Positions 36,301 through 48,475 of a stretch of DNA of 64,000 nt are shown piece after piece. Position 1 is the stretch's first letter, and every line of letters starts with the position of its first letter. The notes below the pieces were generated by a model. The model had not been told where the DNA came from and did no database searches. It saw only the letters and a program-made list of their open reading frames with translations. Made by a program: the position numbers and the translations under genes. The stretch is taken from contig MEDY01000020.1 in the NCBI GenBank assembly GCA_001724265.1, forward strand, positions 1 to 64,000. Reading direction: 5' to 3'. The stretch comes from Rhizaria sp. SCN 62-66 (taxonomy: Eukaryota).

Positions 36301-38140
36301 GCGGCCAGCCTGAGCGCGGCGTTGGCGGCGTCGGCGAGCGAGCGCGGGCGCTGCAGCCTGCGCGCGCGGCGCGGCAGCAGCGCGCGGTCCGCGCCCAGCG
36401 ACAGCGCGCTCTGCGGCGCGGCGGGCGCGCGGCGGCGGGAGTACAGGTCGCGTGCAAAGCCCGCCACGGCCGCGGAGGGCCGCGCCGCGGGCAGGTGCGC
36501 GTCGGAGAATAGCGGCGCAGCACCCGCCGCGGCCGTGGCAGCAGCGTAGCGCGCCAAGTGCCGCGCGGTCCGCGCCGCGAGCGCCGACGCTGCGCCCGCG
36601 CCCGGGTTAGCCCCTGACGCGGTCGCGGTCGCAGTCGATGCGGCTGCGGCGCCGGCGTTGCCGTGGGAAGACATGAGCGGCGCGGATGCGAGCGCGGTGC
36701 GCAGCAGCACGTCGGTTTCGCGCAGCGGCGCGATATACGGCACTGTGGGCACACCCTCGAGCCGCGCCGCATTCGCGCGCGCTAGGCCGGCGTACCGGGG
36801 CCGCGATGCGGTGTGCGTGCGCGGGCTGGGGTTGAACCAGGCCCAGAAGCGCGCGCTGCCGTGCACTGACGCCAGCGGCGGCGGCAGCAGCGCCGGAGTT
36901 GACATACTCACAGTCGCCGTCGCAGTTGCAGTGTGCGTGCGAGCGGTCTTGTTGCTCTGCTGCTTGCCCTTGTGGTGGAAACGCGCTGCCTCAGAGTTAG
37001 TGTCATCGTCGTCGCCGCACTCGCTCTCGCACAAACCGCTAAGGTGGTAGTTGTTCATAGCGGCTGTCGTATTCGCGGCGACGGCGTGCGTCACGAGCGT
37101 CGCCACAGGCGAGCCCAGAGCGGGCGGCACAGTCGGCAGCAACAGCGGCGGCGGCGGCGGCGGCGGTCGCGGCTGTGCGGGGCCGGCGCTGTGGCGAGCG
37201 CGCTTGGCCTCGTGCGCAGGCAGCCGCTCGCCGGCCGACGCAGCGCCTGTGGTGTCTGCGGTCTGAGCCGACTGGGCAGCGCTGTCTCTCTGTTGCTGCG
37301 GCGCCCGCTGTTGCGGCTGCGGCTGCTGTGGCACGTGCTCTGGCGCTAGGGGCGCCATGGCAGCGAAGCCCGTGCGGGTGAAGACGCGGACCGAGGGGCC
37401 CACATCAGCAGGCGCGGGCAGCAGCAGCGTGCGCGGCGCCAGCGGACGCACCACCGACAGCGCTGAAGATTTGAGGGAAATGCGTGAAAATAACATCAGA
37501 TACAAAAACAGTGAGAGTACACGACTGGACAGAAAAACTATGATATTGCGATGTTCGGCATCATTGACGCACCTTTCGTGTCGCTGGCGACGGCCAGGGG
37601 AAAACCTAGCGGTGCAGCCAGCGCGCGCGTGGCGAAAAGCGTGTCCAGCACGCGGGGGTCCTGCCGCGGGACCACAGCGGCAGCGCCCGCCTCAGCTCCA
37701 GCATCAGCGTGACCTTCAGCTTCAGCATATGCAGTCGCAGACGCAGAAGCAGAGACGTTCGGGAGGAGGCCGAGACCTGCGGGAGCTGCAAAGGCGCAAT
37801 GCGCGGGCGCAGTGCGTGGGCCTTCAAGCGCGGCGGCGATGGCAGCGGCGCGATCGCAGAAGCCCGGGCGTTCGTTGAGCGGCCGGCCAGACTGCACGAA
37901 GGGGTCCTCAGGCGCAGCGAGCGCGCCCAGGCGCAGATCGCCGACCGCGCCGACCGCGCCCAGTGAGAGCAACGTCGAGTGAGACTGCGCGTCAAAGGTT
38001 GGGTTGTCCTGCGCCAGCGGCCGCAGCGCGCGCGCGAGCAGGGCGGCGGCGTTCTCGACCGTGGTGAGCGGCGCCAGCGCAACCGCGGCGGGCGCGGCGG
38101 ACGCCCGCGGCAGCGGGGGCGGCCCGGGGAGCGACGACAT
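18372..38140 (-). CDS. TAF1C: Giant TAF1C/Rrn6-like RNA polymerase I initiation factor subunit, 4 exons: 38140-37573, 37462-34872, 34756-24804, 24696-18372; ~6,478 aa
   Basis: Four long ORFs are joined by three phase-compatible introns (GTGCGT, GTACGT, GTACGT donors; CAG acceptors). Collinear TAF1C-type motifs: FVYHPTG, RQIRQV, VLARS, PHPLWAGEAAVLTVDGRILAW, WATVRWGAHPRTLLAA...VDLR, HIMDERMPSRALLSW. Ends in TAA. Confidence 0.7.
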
Positions 38141-39667
38141 CGCGCGCCGGGAAGGCTGCGTGGGAGCTGTTGTGTGGTAGAGTTGTGGCTTAGGGCAAGA
38201 GCAAGAGCGCTAACAGTACAAGGGAAAGAGACGCGCCGATGCAAAAGAGCAGACGCAGTCGGGGAGCTGCGAGTGCTGAGTGCGGAGCGCGCGAGGAAAA
38301 TAGAAAAATAACTAGTAATTGATCGTCAGTAAGAGAACTAAATCAAAATCAAGTGATTTTAGTGCGCATGTAATAATAATTATTATTAGAATTTTACAAG
38401 AATCATGCTATCACCAAGGGACACTACTACTTGCGCTGTTCTCGCGGGTCACCCGGCTGTCCGCCGCACAAGTCACACTCTGGCTGCGACCAGAAACACA
38501 CGCAAAATAGGGTAAGATAAAGATCACCGAACACGATTTTTGGATATAGCCTATAAAGCTGTATATGTGCCACATTTTTCAAATTTTAGATTGCTTTCGC
38601 TTTATTAAGCACATACTCTACACAGATTACTCGGCGTAACCGTTCCTGTCAAAGACTTGTGGTATGTCCCACGCATCATTAATAGCGCAGTCGGTGGGAA
38701 ACTAATCATCTTTAGAAATTGGTGCATTACATATTTTTTCTTACTAGCATGTTCACAAGCCCACTAATATCTTCCATAATCTTGAAATCGCATCGACAAC
38801 TGGTGTTCTGACTTGATATTCGTCGTGATCCACCTACCCGCTCGCAGCCGTAAAGAGCATTCCTATCAAAATCACCACAGAAAAAAAAAAAAACATCGCC
38901 ACAACTAGTGCTACGTCCCGCTGTGACATATCTCTGCGCAGAGGCTTCCGTCCGCTGCAGTGCCAGGCAATCGCAGAAAGAACTGCATGTCTTTGGCGGA
39001 GCCGCGAGACCTGAAGAAGCGTTAAGAATGATATCAGTCATCACTAAGGCGCCCACGTACAGACCGTGCACAATAGTACCTCTCGCACATTTTGATCCAA
39101 TCTCCAAGCTTAGAATGCATATTGTGTGTTACATTCACTCATAAAAGCACAAGCGGTGACGCAGGAAAGCGCTGCCTCACGCCCGCGAATACGCATCTCA
39201 ATGACTGTCACCAGACATACAGCAAATGGAAAATGTCATAGTCACATAATTCATCATGGAAGTACAGCCATCCGTTGAAAACAAAACATGTGTACAACAT
39301 GTTCAAACCATGTCAGCAAAGATATGTTTACGAATCCCACCACGAACATCGGAACAGGGGCGGTTCGCAGAAAATCGGTCTGGTGTCGACCGATCGAAAA
39401 TGATTTGAGCTCGCCTGTAAAACGACTTTGACGTGCCTATGGGGCTGTTTCAACTCGCATGTTCTCTTGCAATTGCGATATCAATGAAATGTGTCTTTGT
39501 ATTGATACAAAATGGCGGGTTTAAGACGCCCTACACGGAGCAGACTTCTTGTACGAGAGGCCACTTTCCTCCAAATCTCTTCTCCTCTCGTGGCTTTACA
39601 ATATCTCTCACCCTGGTCTTCCGTGCTTTCTTTTGACGCTCGTAATGCATGCATAGAAGGGTGTTCA

Positions 39668-40418
39668 ATGTCGTCTCACGCTCCGGTCTCTTTCGACCCG
39701 AAGGCGCTTCAGGGTACGTCTCCTAGTTCAATCTCCCACCTCGTGCTCTTCTTTGTCTTGTCAGCTCCTTCACCTTTCGTTCGCGTCATCACGCTCTCAC
39801 TCGCGTTTTCCTGTCTCTGTCTCCCCGTTTACTGACGTGCCCGCGTCCCGTAGATCCTGCCGCGCTGGAGGCGTGGGTGGCGCAGATCTCCGCGTCGTCC
39901 GCTGCGGCGCACAAGGCCGCCGCTGACGCGTGCACGGCGCGCGTCGTCGCCGCGGGCATCCGCGAAAGCGACTGCCGCCAGCGCGCGTCGGCCGAGATCA
40001 AGGCCGCTGACGCCGCGGCCGCCGACGTCGCGCGCGAGCAGAGCATCCGCGAGGAGCACCTCTCGCAGGCCGCGTACTGGACCTCGCTGCCCGCCACTGT
40101 CGCCGCCGCCATCAAGGCCATGCCGCCGCCTCCCGTCGCCGTCGCCGCCGCCCCGGCCCCGGCCCCGGCCCCGGCCCCGGCCGCCGCGCCCGCGCTGCCG
40201 CCCGCAATGGCGACGCCCGCGCCCGCCAACGTGAGAGTCCCCGCGTTCGTGCCCCCGACCACGACCCCCGCGCTGCCCCCCGCGCCCGCCCCCGCCGCTG
40301 CCACTGCCGGTGCCGGTGCCGGTGCAGCTGGCACGAGCAACGCGCGCGCGTTCTTCAACAACCGCGCCTCCGTCGCCCCGGGCCCCGCGCCCGCACCCGC
40401 ACCCGTGCCCGCACCCGT

Positions 40419-40457
<39 letters not shown>

Positions 40458-40641
40458 GGGCCCCGCGGGCTCGCTCGTGGTCGCCGCCGACGGCTCCGCG
40501 GGCGGCGTGCGCGCCGCATCGGCCATGTTCGACAAGGCCGGCGGCGCGCGTACCCCCGCGGGCCCCCCGCCCGTCATCCGCCGTGGCACCGACGCCGTTT
40601 CCCCCGTCGCCGCTCAGAACAACGCGCCCCGTCCCATGGGT

Positions 40642-40691
<50 letters not shown>

Positions 40692-41364
40692 TGCGGGCGT
40701 CGGGTCGATCGCGTCGCGCGCGAGTGTTTTCCCCGCCAACGGCCCCATCATGGGCATGGGCGCCGCCCCCGGCTCCTTCGGCTCGACCCACGGCGCCGCG
40801 GCCCACGCCGCCCCCGCGGCCGCCGTGGCCGCGCCCGAGGCCGAGCCGCCAGCGCCGCGGACGGGCCGCTACTGCCGCGCGCTCTACTCGTACCCTGGCA
40901 ACGCCGACAACAACATCTACGCGTTCGCCAAGCACGACGTGTTCGAGGTCTGCACCGACGACTGCGACTGGTGGCTCGTGAAGCGCGCCGCCGAGGCCGA
41001 CAACCCTGCCATTGAGGCCGGCTTCGTCCCCAAGAACTACGTCGAGCCCTGCCCGCCCCCCGCCGGCGCCTCGAGCGCGCCGCCGCCGGCTCCCGCCCCC
41101 GTGGCCGTCGCTGCGCCGGCCCCCGCGCCGGCCCCCGCCCCCGCGCCCGCGCCTGAGCCCGTGCCCGCGCCCCCCGCTGCGATGCGCGTGCGCGGCAAGT
41201 ACGATTTCCCAGGCCAGGGCGGCGACGACTTCCTCGCCTTCAAGGCGGGCGACATTATGACCATCACGGGCGAGACAGAGGGTCAGGACTGGTGGAGCGG
41301 CACGCACTCCGTGACCGGCAAGACCGGATACGTCCCCTCCAACTTTGTCGAGATCATCCAGTAA
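39668..41364 (+). CDS. Pro/Ala-rich protein with two C-terminal SH3 domains, exons 39668-39713 and 39854-41364; ~518 aa
   Basis: SH3 motifs CRALYSY...DWWLV...GFVPKNYVE and VRGKYDF...LAFKAGDIM...DWWSG...GYVPSNFVE. Phase-1 intron GTACGT..TAG. Ends in TAA. Confidence 0.88.
40385..40457 (+). repeat. (GCRCCC)n hexamer repeat encoding (PA)n
   Basis: Tandem GCGCCC/GCACCC units read directly. Confidence 0.85.
40642..40699 (+). repeat. (GGCGCG)n hexamer repeat encoding (GA)n
   Basis: About 9-10 tandem units read directly. Confidence 0.9.
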
Positions 41365-41434
41365 ACGCGCGCGCGCTTCAAAGCATTCAAAGCACTTAAA
41401 AGCGTGAAAGCATCATCAACCAAATCATTTCGTC

Positions 41435-41471
41435 TTGTTGTTGCTGTTGTTGTTGTTGTTGTTATTGTTGT
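41435..41471 (+). repeat. Imperfect (GTT)n microsatellite downstream of the SH3 gene
   Basis: ttgttgttgctgttgttgttgttgttgttattgttgt. Confidence 0.8.
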
Positions 41472-42554
41472 CATCCTCCTGTGCACCTGTTGTCGTGTGC
41501 GCTATTAGTTGTCTGAATATAGTTAAGTCTCTTCGTTTTATCATAATCTTCATTTCTTTTATCTTAGTTTGTCTGGTTTCTTTGGAGGCCGCAGACTTTG
41601 TTTCTCTTGTTGTTCTGTTGTCGGTCTGATTTTCTCTTCGGTGCCGTCGTTGTCGCTGTCACTGGTGTCATCGCATCGCTGTTTGTCGTTGCTGTCATTG
41701 CTGTCATCCAATGCCGGCGCCGTTATCGTTGTGTAGCTGTCACTGCTGCTGCTGCTGCTGCTGCTTCTGTCGCCATCGTCCTTGTCTCTCTTAGTGGCTC
41801 ATCACGCATCACGCAGAGCCCGTCCGTTGGACCGCCCTGTCACGCTGTCATCGCTTGTGTTCGTTGGTTCGCTGTTTGCGAGTTACCGTTACTCATGAGC
41901 GCTGGCGGCGACCGCGCGGCACACCGGGCTCTGCGATACTTAGAAAAGAAGAGCATGTCGGTGGCGAGCGGACGTGAGTTGGCAAGCGCGCGAGCGAGCG
42001 AGCGAATGAGAACGAGTCAATGAGCAAGTGAGTGAGCAAAGCAAGCCAGCAATCAGCGAGCACCGCGTTGCGTGCGTACTTGAGCATGCGCTCTGTGTGC
42101 TGCCGCGCGCGCGCACCTAATACATATCACTTTCAAAGAAGCACGTCTTATTTCTTCGTCTCATCACGCGTGCGCTTGGTGTGTGCGAAACTGCGTGAGT
42201 CAGTGTCATCACGTGCTTGCGATGGAAGTGACTGCTGCGTCGATGGTGACGTCGACGCATTTACAAAACAACGTGAATCAGAGTAATCTCAGCGTCAAAA
42301 TCTGATATTTTGGTTGATCCGGTGTGCCTTTTGCACATTGTTTATTTTTACCCAATTATTATTCTAAGAAAAGTCGGCGTCGCGCAGTATCCTTGTGTTT
42401 ATGTTTGACCTCTCCTCGTGCTTTTTGTCGCCTCCCTGATCTGCATCAACTGTCTGCAGTGCAGTTGCTAGATTCTTTCAACACGCGTCGTTACTCACGC
42501 ATTCTGTTATTTATTTGCTTTTAATCGCATCAGTGCGGCTTTTTCCGCTTGCGA

Positions 42555-45010
42555 ATGCGCCGCGCTCTCACAGCCCATAGCGCCTCTAAGAAGTCTAGTC
42601 TCCCCCTTCTCTTCTTCAAGTCTCTTCTATCCGTCCCCGCGCTCTCCGCACCCTTCGGGCTCCACTCCACTCCTCTCCGCGCGATGTCTTCGGCTCTGTT
42701 GCAGCGGACCGCGCTGTCTGATCTGGGCCCGCGCGCCGCGTACGTGCGCCCCCACACCATCGCGCCCGACTTGCCCCGCTTTCACGCCAAGCTCGCCGCC
42801 CTCCGCGCCGGCGGGCCCCGCGCGCTGATGTGTGTCGCTGACTTTGACTACACGCTCTCCATGCCCGGCGGGCTCTCTTCCTGGTCTATTATTGACTCAA
42901 GCGAGCGCGCGCCCGCGGAATTCCGCGAAGAGTGTCTTGCAATGGCACGCAAGTTCTTCCCCATCGAGGTCCGTCACACACAATCGATATCTGTCACCAT
43001 CATTTCTCACTGCCGTACACTTCCCATAGTTCATATCGCTGTCTCAATGTAGCAGTCATAGTTGTTGCATCACATAAACGTTGTTTTATTGCCTCTGTAG
43101 ATTAAATCTCCGAGATGTACGTACATACAACTTGAACTCTTGTCATACTGCCATCACCTCACGTCAATGCTATGTGTTCTCCTTGCTCTTGTTATTGCCC
43201 GCCCACCCGCCCGCACGCGCAGGCGTCGCTCACGCTGACCGCGGCGGAGAAGGACCCCGTGCTGACTGAGTGGTTCCTGCGCTTCCACGCGCAGGTGCAG
43301 CATGGCGCCGTGCTCACGCCCGCGCTGCTCGCCGCCATCTGCGACGACGCCATCCCGCACGCGCGCGCCTCCACGTCTACATCTGCCTTCGCCGCCGCGC
43401 CGGCCGCGGGCGCTGGCCCGGCTACCCCGGCCGCCCAGAGCGCGGAGACGCGCCCCCCGTCTTCGCAACCTCCTGTCTCTCCGGTATCGTGGGCGCCAGT
43501 GTCGTGGGCTCCGCTGCCGCTGGAGGCTGCGCCGGAGAACGTGAGCGCGGGCGACTTCGAGCGCGTGCCCCACGCGCTGAGCATGCGCGCCGGCTTTGCG
43601 CCGCTGCTGCGCGACCTCGAGGAGGCGCGCGTGCCCGCAGTTGTCGTCTCCGCCGGAGTCGGCAACTTCATCCTCGAAGCACTGCGGTCCGCTGATATCT
43701 TATTCTTGAGATATATATGTATCATTGTATAGCGGGGATTTGTTTGAATATGTGCGGTGTACGTTATTTTAATCTCAACGAACTCTTTTCCTAACTACCT
43801 GTACACTACCCTTGTTTCCTTTTGTCGCTTTCTCTGTTTGTACTATATCTGCAGCCGCAACGGCGTGTCCACGGCAGTGCCGCTGATCGCAGAGACCGTG
43901 CCGGCAGTGCTCGCTGCGGGGCCCGCGCCCGCGGTCGCCGCCGCTGCCGCCGCCGCGCTTGCCGCGAACGGACACATCATCGACCCCCTTTGCAACAACG
44001 ACAATCGCAACAACAGCAACACTTGCTCGAGCTCGAGCTCTAGTGCGAGCAGTGGTTATGACAGCGGCGTGCTGCCCGTGTACGTCGCAGCCAACTTTGC
44101 TGGCTTCCAGCGCAACAGTGCCAGCCATATTGCTAGCGCTAATGGGAGCGCGAGCGCCGGGACTGCGGTTGTCGCGGGGGACGCGCCCGTCGCGCGCTTC
44201 TACCCGCAGCACCCGATCCACGTCTACAACAAGTGCAACAACGCGCCTCTCACCGCGCTCGAGCGCCACTTCACCGCTCAACGCCTCAACACCAACAGCA
44301 GCAAGAGCGCTAGCGCACAGAGCGCTGCGCAGAACGGCGTTCAGAGCGGAATGAACGTGTTGCTGCTGGGCGACAGCTTGGGTGACGCGACGATCGAAGG
44401 CAGTCTGCCGGGCGCGTCGACCGTGCTTAAGGTCGGCTTCCTGAACCTGCGGCCCGGCGTCACGGCCGCTATGGCCACCGACGGCGACGTCCGCGCGCGC
44501 ACGCCGCACACCTGCGCCAAACACGCGCACGCGAACAGCGCGCACGCGAACGCCGATACGCAGTCACAGAGTGAGAACAAGACCGGCGCCAAGAGTACAA
44601 GCGCGGGGGCGAGCGCGCCCGACGGGTGCCACGTGCCGACCGGCTCAGACTCGGCCGCCGAGTTCAACAAGGCCAGCTCCGCAAACGGCGGCTCCGCCCC
44701 CGCGAGCACTGCGACGGCGGCCACGGCCGTAAACAGCGCGGCAGCGACAACGAACAGTGCGACCGCGAAGAAGGCCGCGGCGCCGCTGACTGGCGCCGAG
44801 CTGGCGTCGGGCGCGGCGCACGGCGACTGCTGGGGCTGCGTGGCGCAGGTCGCCGCCGCGCGGCTGCGTAAGCACTGCGAGGCCTTCGACCTGGTCGTCA
44901 TCGAGGACGGCTCGCTCGACGTCGCGCGCGACCTTCTGCGGGACGTCATTGCTCATAGCAGCAGCAGCAGCAGCAGCAGCAGCATCGGTAGCGCGGCGGC
45001 GAAGCTCTGA
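42555..45010 (+). CDS. NT5C3: Pyrimidine 5'-nucleotidase (NT5C3/UMPH-1, HAD family), exons 42555-42968, 43223-43686, 43855-45010; ~677 aa
   Basis: VADFDYTLS (HAD motif I), FFPIE|...EK...EW, VVVSAGVGN, IHVYNK, NVLLLGDSLGD, LKVGFLN and AFDLVVIED. An alternative start is ATG 42683. Ends in TGA. Confidence 0.88.
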
Positions 45011-45395
45011 GTATGCGTGCAGGTGTTAACTTAAGATTTTTTATTTCGCATGACTTCTGAATGACAACAGGAATACAGTCAGCCTATAAGGAATAGTTTA
45101 CTTTTTTCTTTGTGTAATTAACCAAACAAATCAACTTTTTTTTTCTATAATCAAATGTTTTTATTAATTTTCTTACCCCCTACCAAACCAGTTCCCGGGG
45201 TTTGTAAAGCTTATAAAACAACGCACACAAAAACGTACGCACACATTACACAGTGTCCGCACGCATATAAAGGCGCACGAACCCCGCGGTTTCCCCCCGT
45301 CCTAACTTAACATCATCACAACAACATCACATAATCACACCGACGCAGGCAGACTGCAGCAGTCGCAAAGCAACGCAACGCGAAGGCTGACTCGC

Positions 45396-46574
45396 TTACT
45401 TGTCGCCGAAGGAGACGGAGACGCCGTACTTGTTGCCGGCGGGGCCGAACTGGTTGGCGAGACCGACGACGACGTCGGGGTTGGAGAGCTTGTGCTCGAC
45501 GTAGGTCGACACGGTGAAGGACTTCTCGCCCTTGGCGACGTTGTCCGAGACCTCGACCTTGGTCTTGGCCAGGGTAGCGGGGTTGAACTTGTACTGCGCG
45601 GCGGCGGCGAAGGCAGAGTTGGCGGCGGGGGTCACGGTGACGCGCGTGCCGACCTGGAAGGCCGCGGACACGCGGTGGTAGAGTGAGAGCACGACGTGCG
45701 ACTGCTTCTCCACGACGGCGGTGCCGATGAGGTTGCCGTCCTCGTACTGGACGCCAGCGTCGACCGACACGGCAGAGCCGAAAGCAGCGCCGGACTTGAC
45801 GGCGTTGACGTCGGCGGCGGCGACGAAGCCGGCCGAGAGGCCCTCGACGCCGACGGCGGCGGAGACGGTGACGGCGTTCTTGGCCTGGTTGAACTCGGCG
45901 GTGACGGCGGCGGACTCGCGGGAGTACTCGGTCGAGACCTTGCCGGTGGGGCAGGCCTTGAGGTTGGTCTCGGCCTCCGCGGAGACAACGAGGCCCTTCT
46001 GGAGCTTGGAGAACTTGGTGGTGCCCTTGAACTTGCCGTTGGTGGCGACCTCGAGGGAGGCGTCACCCCAGGCCTTGTCCTTGTACTCGACCTTGGACTT
46101 GCCTGAGAGGGAAGAGAAGGCCGGGTCGTCGACAGTGGCGGTGGAGGAGATGGTGATGTTGTCGGCCTGGGACTTCATCGAGACGGAGTGCTTGTAGTCA
46201 TCCTTCTTGGCATCCCACTTCTGGGAGAGGAGGTCTGTTGACGACGTGTGGAGGGCAATTAGGAACAAACAAAGGCAACAATGAGCGACGGGCTGACGGT
46301 TGGGGGGCGATTAAAGAGCCGAAAAGGACGATATGTACACAAAGAACTGTGTCACAAGCTCCAAAAAGCTTGGAAACACAAACTAGAGAAGGGCTTTCAT
46401 AGCCACAATGTAGAATCATTGCGGTACAAAAGCGAGAAGTGGTCCGAACTGGACGTGAAAGAGGGCCCAAGAGCACGTGGCGGAGGGCGTTTCGTTGCTG
46501 ATGACGCAGGGCTAAAAGGACGTACCGGAGCAGGTCTTGCCGAACTTAGTGAAAAAGGGCGGGACGAAAGCCAT
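45396..46574 (-). CDS. VDAC: Mitochondrial porin (VDAC), exons 46574-46526 and 46234-45396; ~295 aa
   Basis: N-terminal PPLFTKFGKTCSDLL...DY, alternating beta-strand pattern, C-terminal beta-signal KYGVSVSF, strong codon bias and a phase-1 intron. Ends in TAA. Confidence 0.88.
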
Positions 46575-47299
46575 TGTGGAACAAAACTACGCAAGAGAAT
46601 AACAAAGATGGCAGCAACAAGGGGACGATGAGTGGTGAAATCGGGGAAATTCGCAAAGTGATGAGTCGGGCGTTGTCCCTGTGGCAGCTTCCCGATACCC
46701 ACAATTTGGCCACAAAGACGTCGCCAGATCGGATTAGAAAATTGCACATCAAGTGTGCCGCAACACATTCTGCATCTTCTAATTTGAAACTTATGCTATT
46801 TGATGTGCATATCGCGCGCTAAGCTCTGATTCACGTTCGCCCCAAGTCGGTTAGAACGGTTGACTCTGTCGGTTGGGCTGGCCAGTGAAAGTAAAGCCGG
46901 ACCGACCGACAGGGCCGATGACTGTGATCACAGTCAGCAATATCGATCGATAGACCATAAAAACTTTGAGCTCTTGCAAGACAAACTGAATCTGTGCTGA
47001 ATGAAATGAAATTTGGATGTAATGGAGAATATGTGCAATTGAATCGTTATTTTATATTTTGTCGCGTCTCTTGTCGAAAGTGCTTTGCAAAATACACCAG
47101 CTGTTTCAAAAAAGCCTTGATTGTGTAACATCTCTCTTCGACAAAGTTTGCGCTTCACCTCCTGCCCCGAAAGCGAGACTAGAGCGTTCCACCATTTGTT
47201 CTCACCGCAAGTGCAACCGCCATTGCTATAAACAGCAACGCCAAACCCGCTCGTTCCCACCCCATCTCCTCAAAACTGTACATTTGACACACTCACACC

Positions 47300-48475
47300 T
47301 CAGTAGTAGATGCGTCCGTGCGCGGAGCCGTGAAGCGCCATGTCGCGCTCCGAGCGCTTGGGCGCGCTGCCGGAACCGACGTACTCGTTGAACTTCCACA
47401 CGAGGAGCACGACTGCGGCCAGCACGGCGGCGACCGCGCTGGCGAGGGACAGAATAGACACGGCGAAGAGCGAGTCGCTGCGGACAGCGGCGCCGACGAG
47501 CCCGGGGGCCGTGCGGAGCAGCAGCAGCACGCCCGTGGCGCCCGCGCCGCCCGCCGCGGCGAGCTGGCCCAGCAGCCAGAGCTTCGACACGCCCGCGGCA
47601 CGCTTGGCCTGCGTCGCCGACACGGCGAGCCCCGTGCAGAGCAGCGCGGCGCCCGCGGCCGCGCCGACGGTGCCCCAGAGGAGCGCGTCGGAGGACAGGC
47701 GCGCGGGGGCCGAGAGCACGGCGACGAGCGCAACGGTCGCGGCGGCCACGGAGGTGGCGACCGCGGAGAGCGCGAAGGTGCGGACGCCCGCGGCGTAGAC
47801 GAGCGCGGGGCGGCGGTAGGGCACCGAGGTGCCGACGAGGACAAAGACGAGCAGCATGAGCGCGAGCCCCGCCGAGACGCCCAGCGCCCACGCGCGCGTC
47901 GGGAACAGCAGCATGCGGAGCACGCCCGCGCGCTGCAGGTCGCCGCCGAGCACGCGCGCGTCGTTCTGCCACAGGCGGAGCACGACGGCGGCCGAGGCCA
48001 GGACGGCGCCTAGGGAGAGCTTCTGCAGGAAGTCGGTGAAGCGGACGGTGCCGGTGGCCGTGGCGTCGGCGGCAAAGGCCGAGAGCGCCCACAGGTGCGC
48101 CGTGGTGAAGGCGATGACGGCGGCGGAGATAGCGAGCCCGGTGAACGCGAGCGGGGCCTGGGCGGCGCCGGCGATGGCCCACTGGCGGTAGAAGGCGAGT
48201 CCGTAGACGGCCGCGGTGGCGAAGATAAGGGCCGAGATGAAGCCCATGGCAATGCGCGCGCCGAGGAACGGGCGGCGGCGCTGCTCGCGGAGGCGCGCGA
48301 GCGAGAGTGCCCAGTTAGTGTCGGGGGCGTCGTCGGAGCCGAGGAGCGTGGAGGAGGAGTTGTAGGGCGACTCCTCGTCAGAGAAATCGTCGTCAGAGAA
48401 CGCCGCGCCCTTGCCGCCGCGGGAGGCGCCGGAGAAGGGCTCGAAGGCCGCGACGCGGTGCATGTAGTTGGACAT
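47300..48475 (-). CDS. Multi-pass membrane protein of unknown family (~391 aa)
   Basis: ATG at 48475 begins the GC-rich part of the ORF. An acidic N-tail is followed by many hydrophobic helices. Ends in TGA. Confidence 0.7.
   Translation of the reverse strand: MSNYMHRVAAFEPFSGASRGGKGAAFSDDDFSDEESPYNSSSTLLGSDDAPDTNWALSLARLREQRRRPFLGARIAMGFISALIFATAAVYGLAFYRQWAIAGAAQAPLAFTGLAISAAVIAFTTAHLWALSAFAADATATGTVRFTDFLQKLSLGAVLASAAVVLRLWQNDARVLGGDLQRAGVLRMLLFPTRAWALGVSAGLALMLLVFVLVGTSVPYRRPALVYAAGVRTFALSAVATSVAAATVALVAVLSAPARLSSDALLWGTVGAAAGAALLCTGLAVSATQAKRAAGVSKLWLLGQLAAAGGAGATGVLLLLRTAPGLVGAAVRSDSLFAVSILSLASAVAAVLAAVVLLVWKFNEYVGSGSAPKRSERDMALHGSAHGRIYY

Noticed and set aside
38727-39144. Short ORFs and a possible GTACGT..CAG mini-intron in the intergenic region
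   Set aside because: No coding bias, a poly-A/T run and no convincing motif. The IVHGLY resemblance to MaoC is too short.
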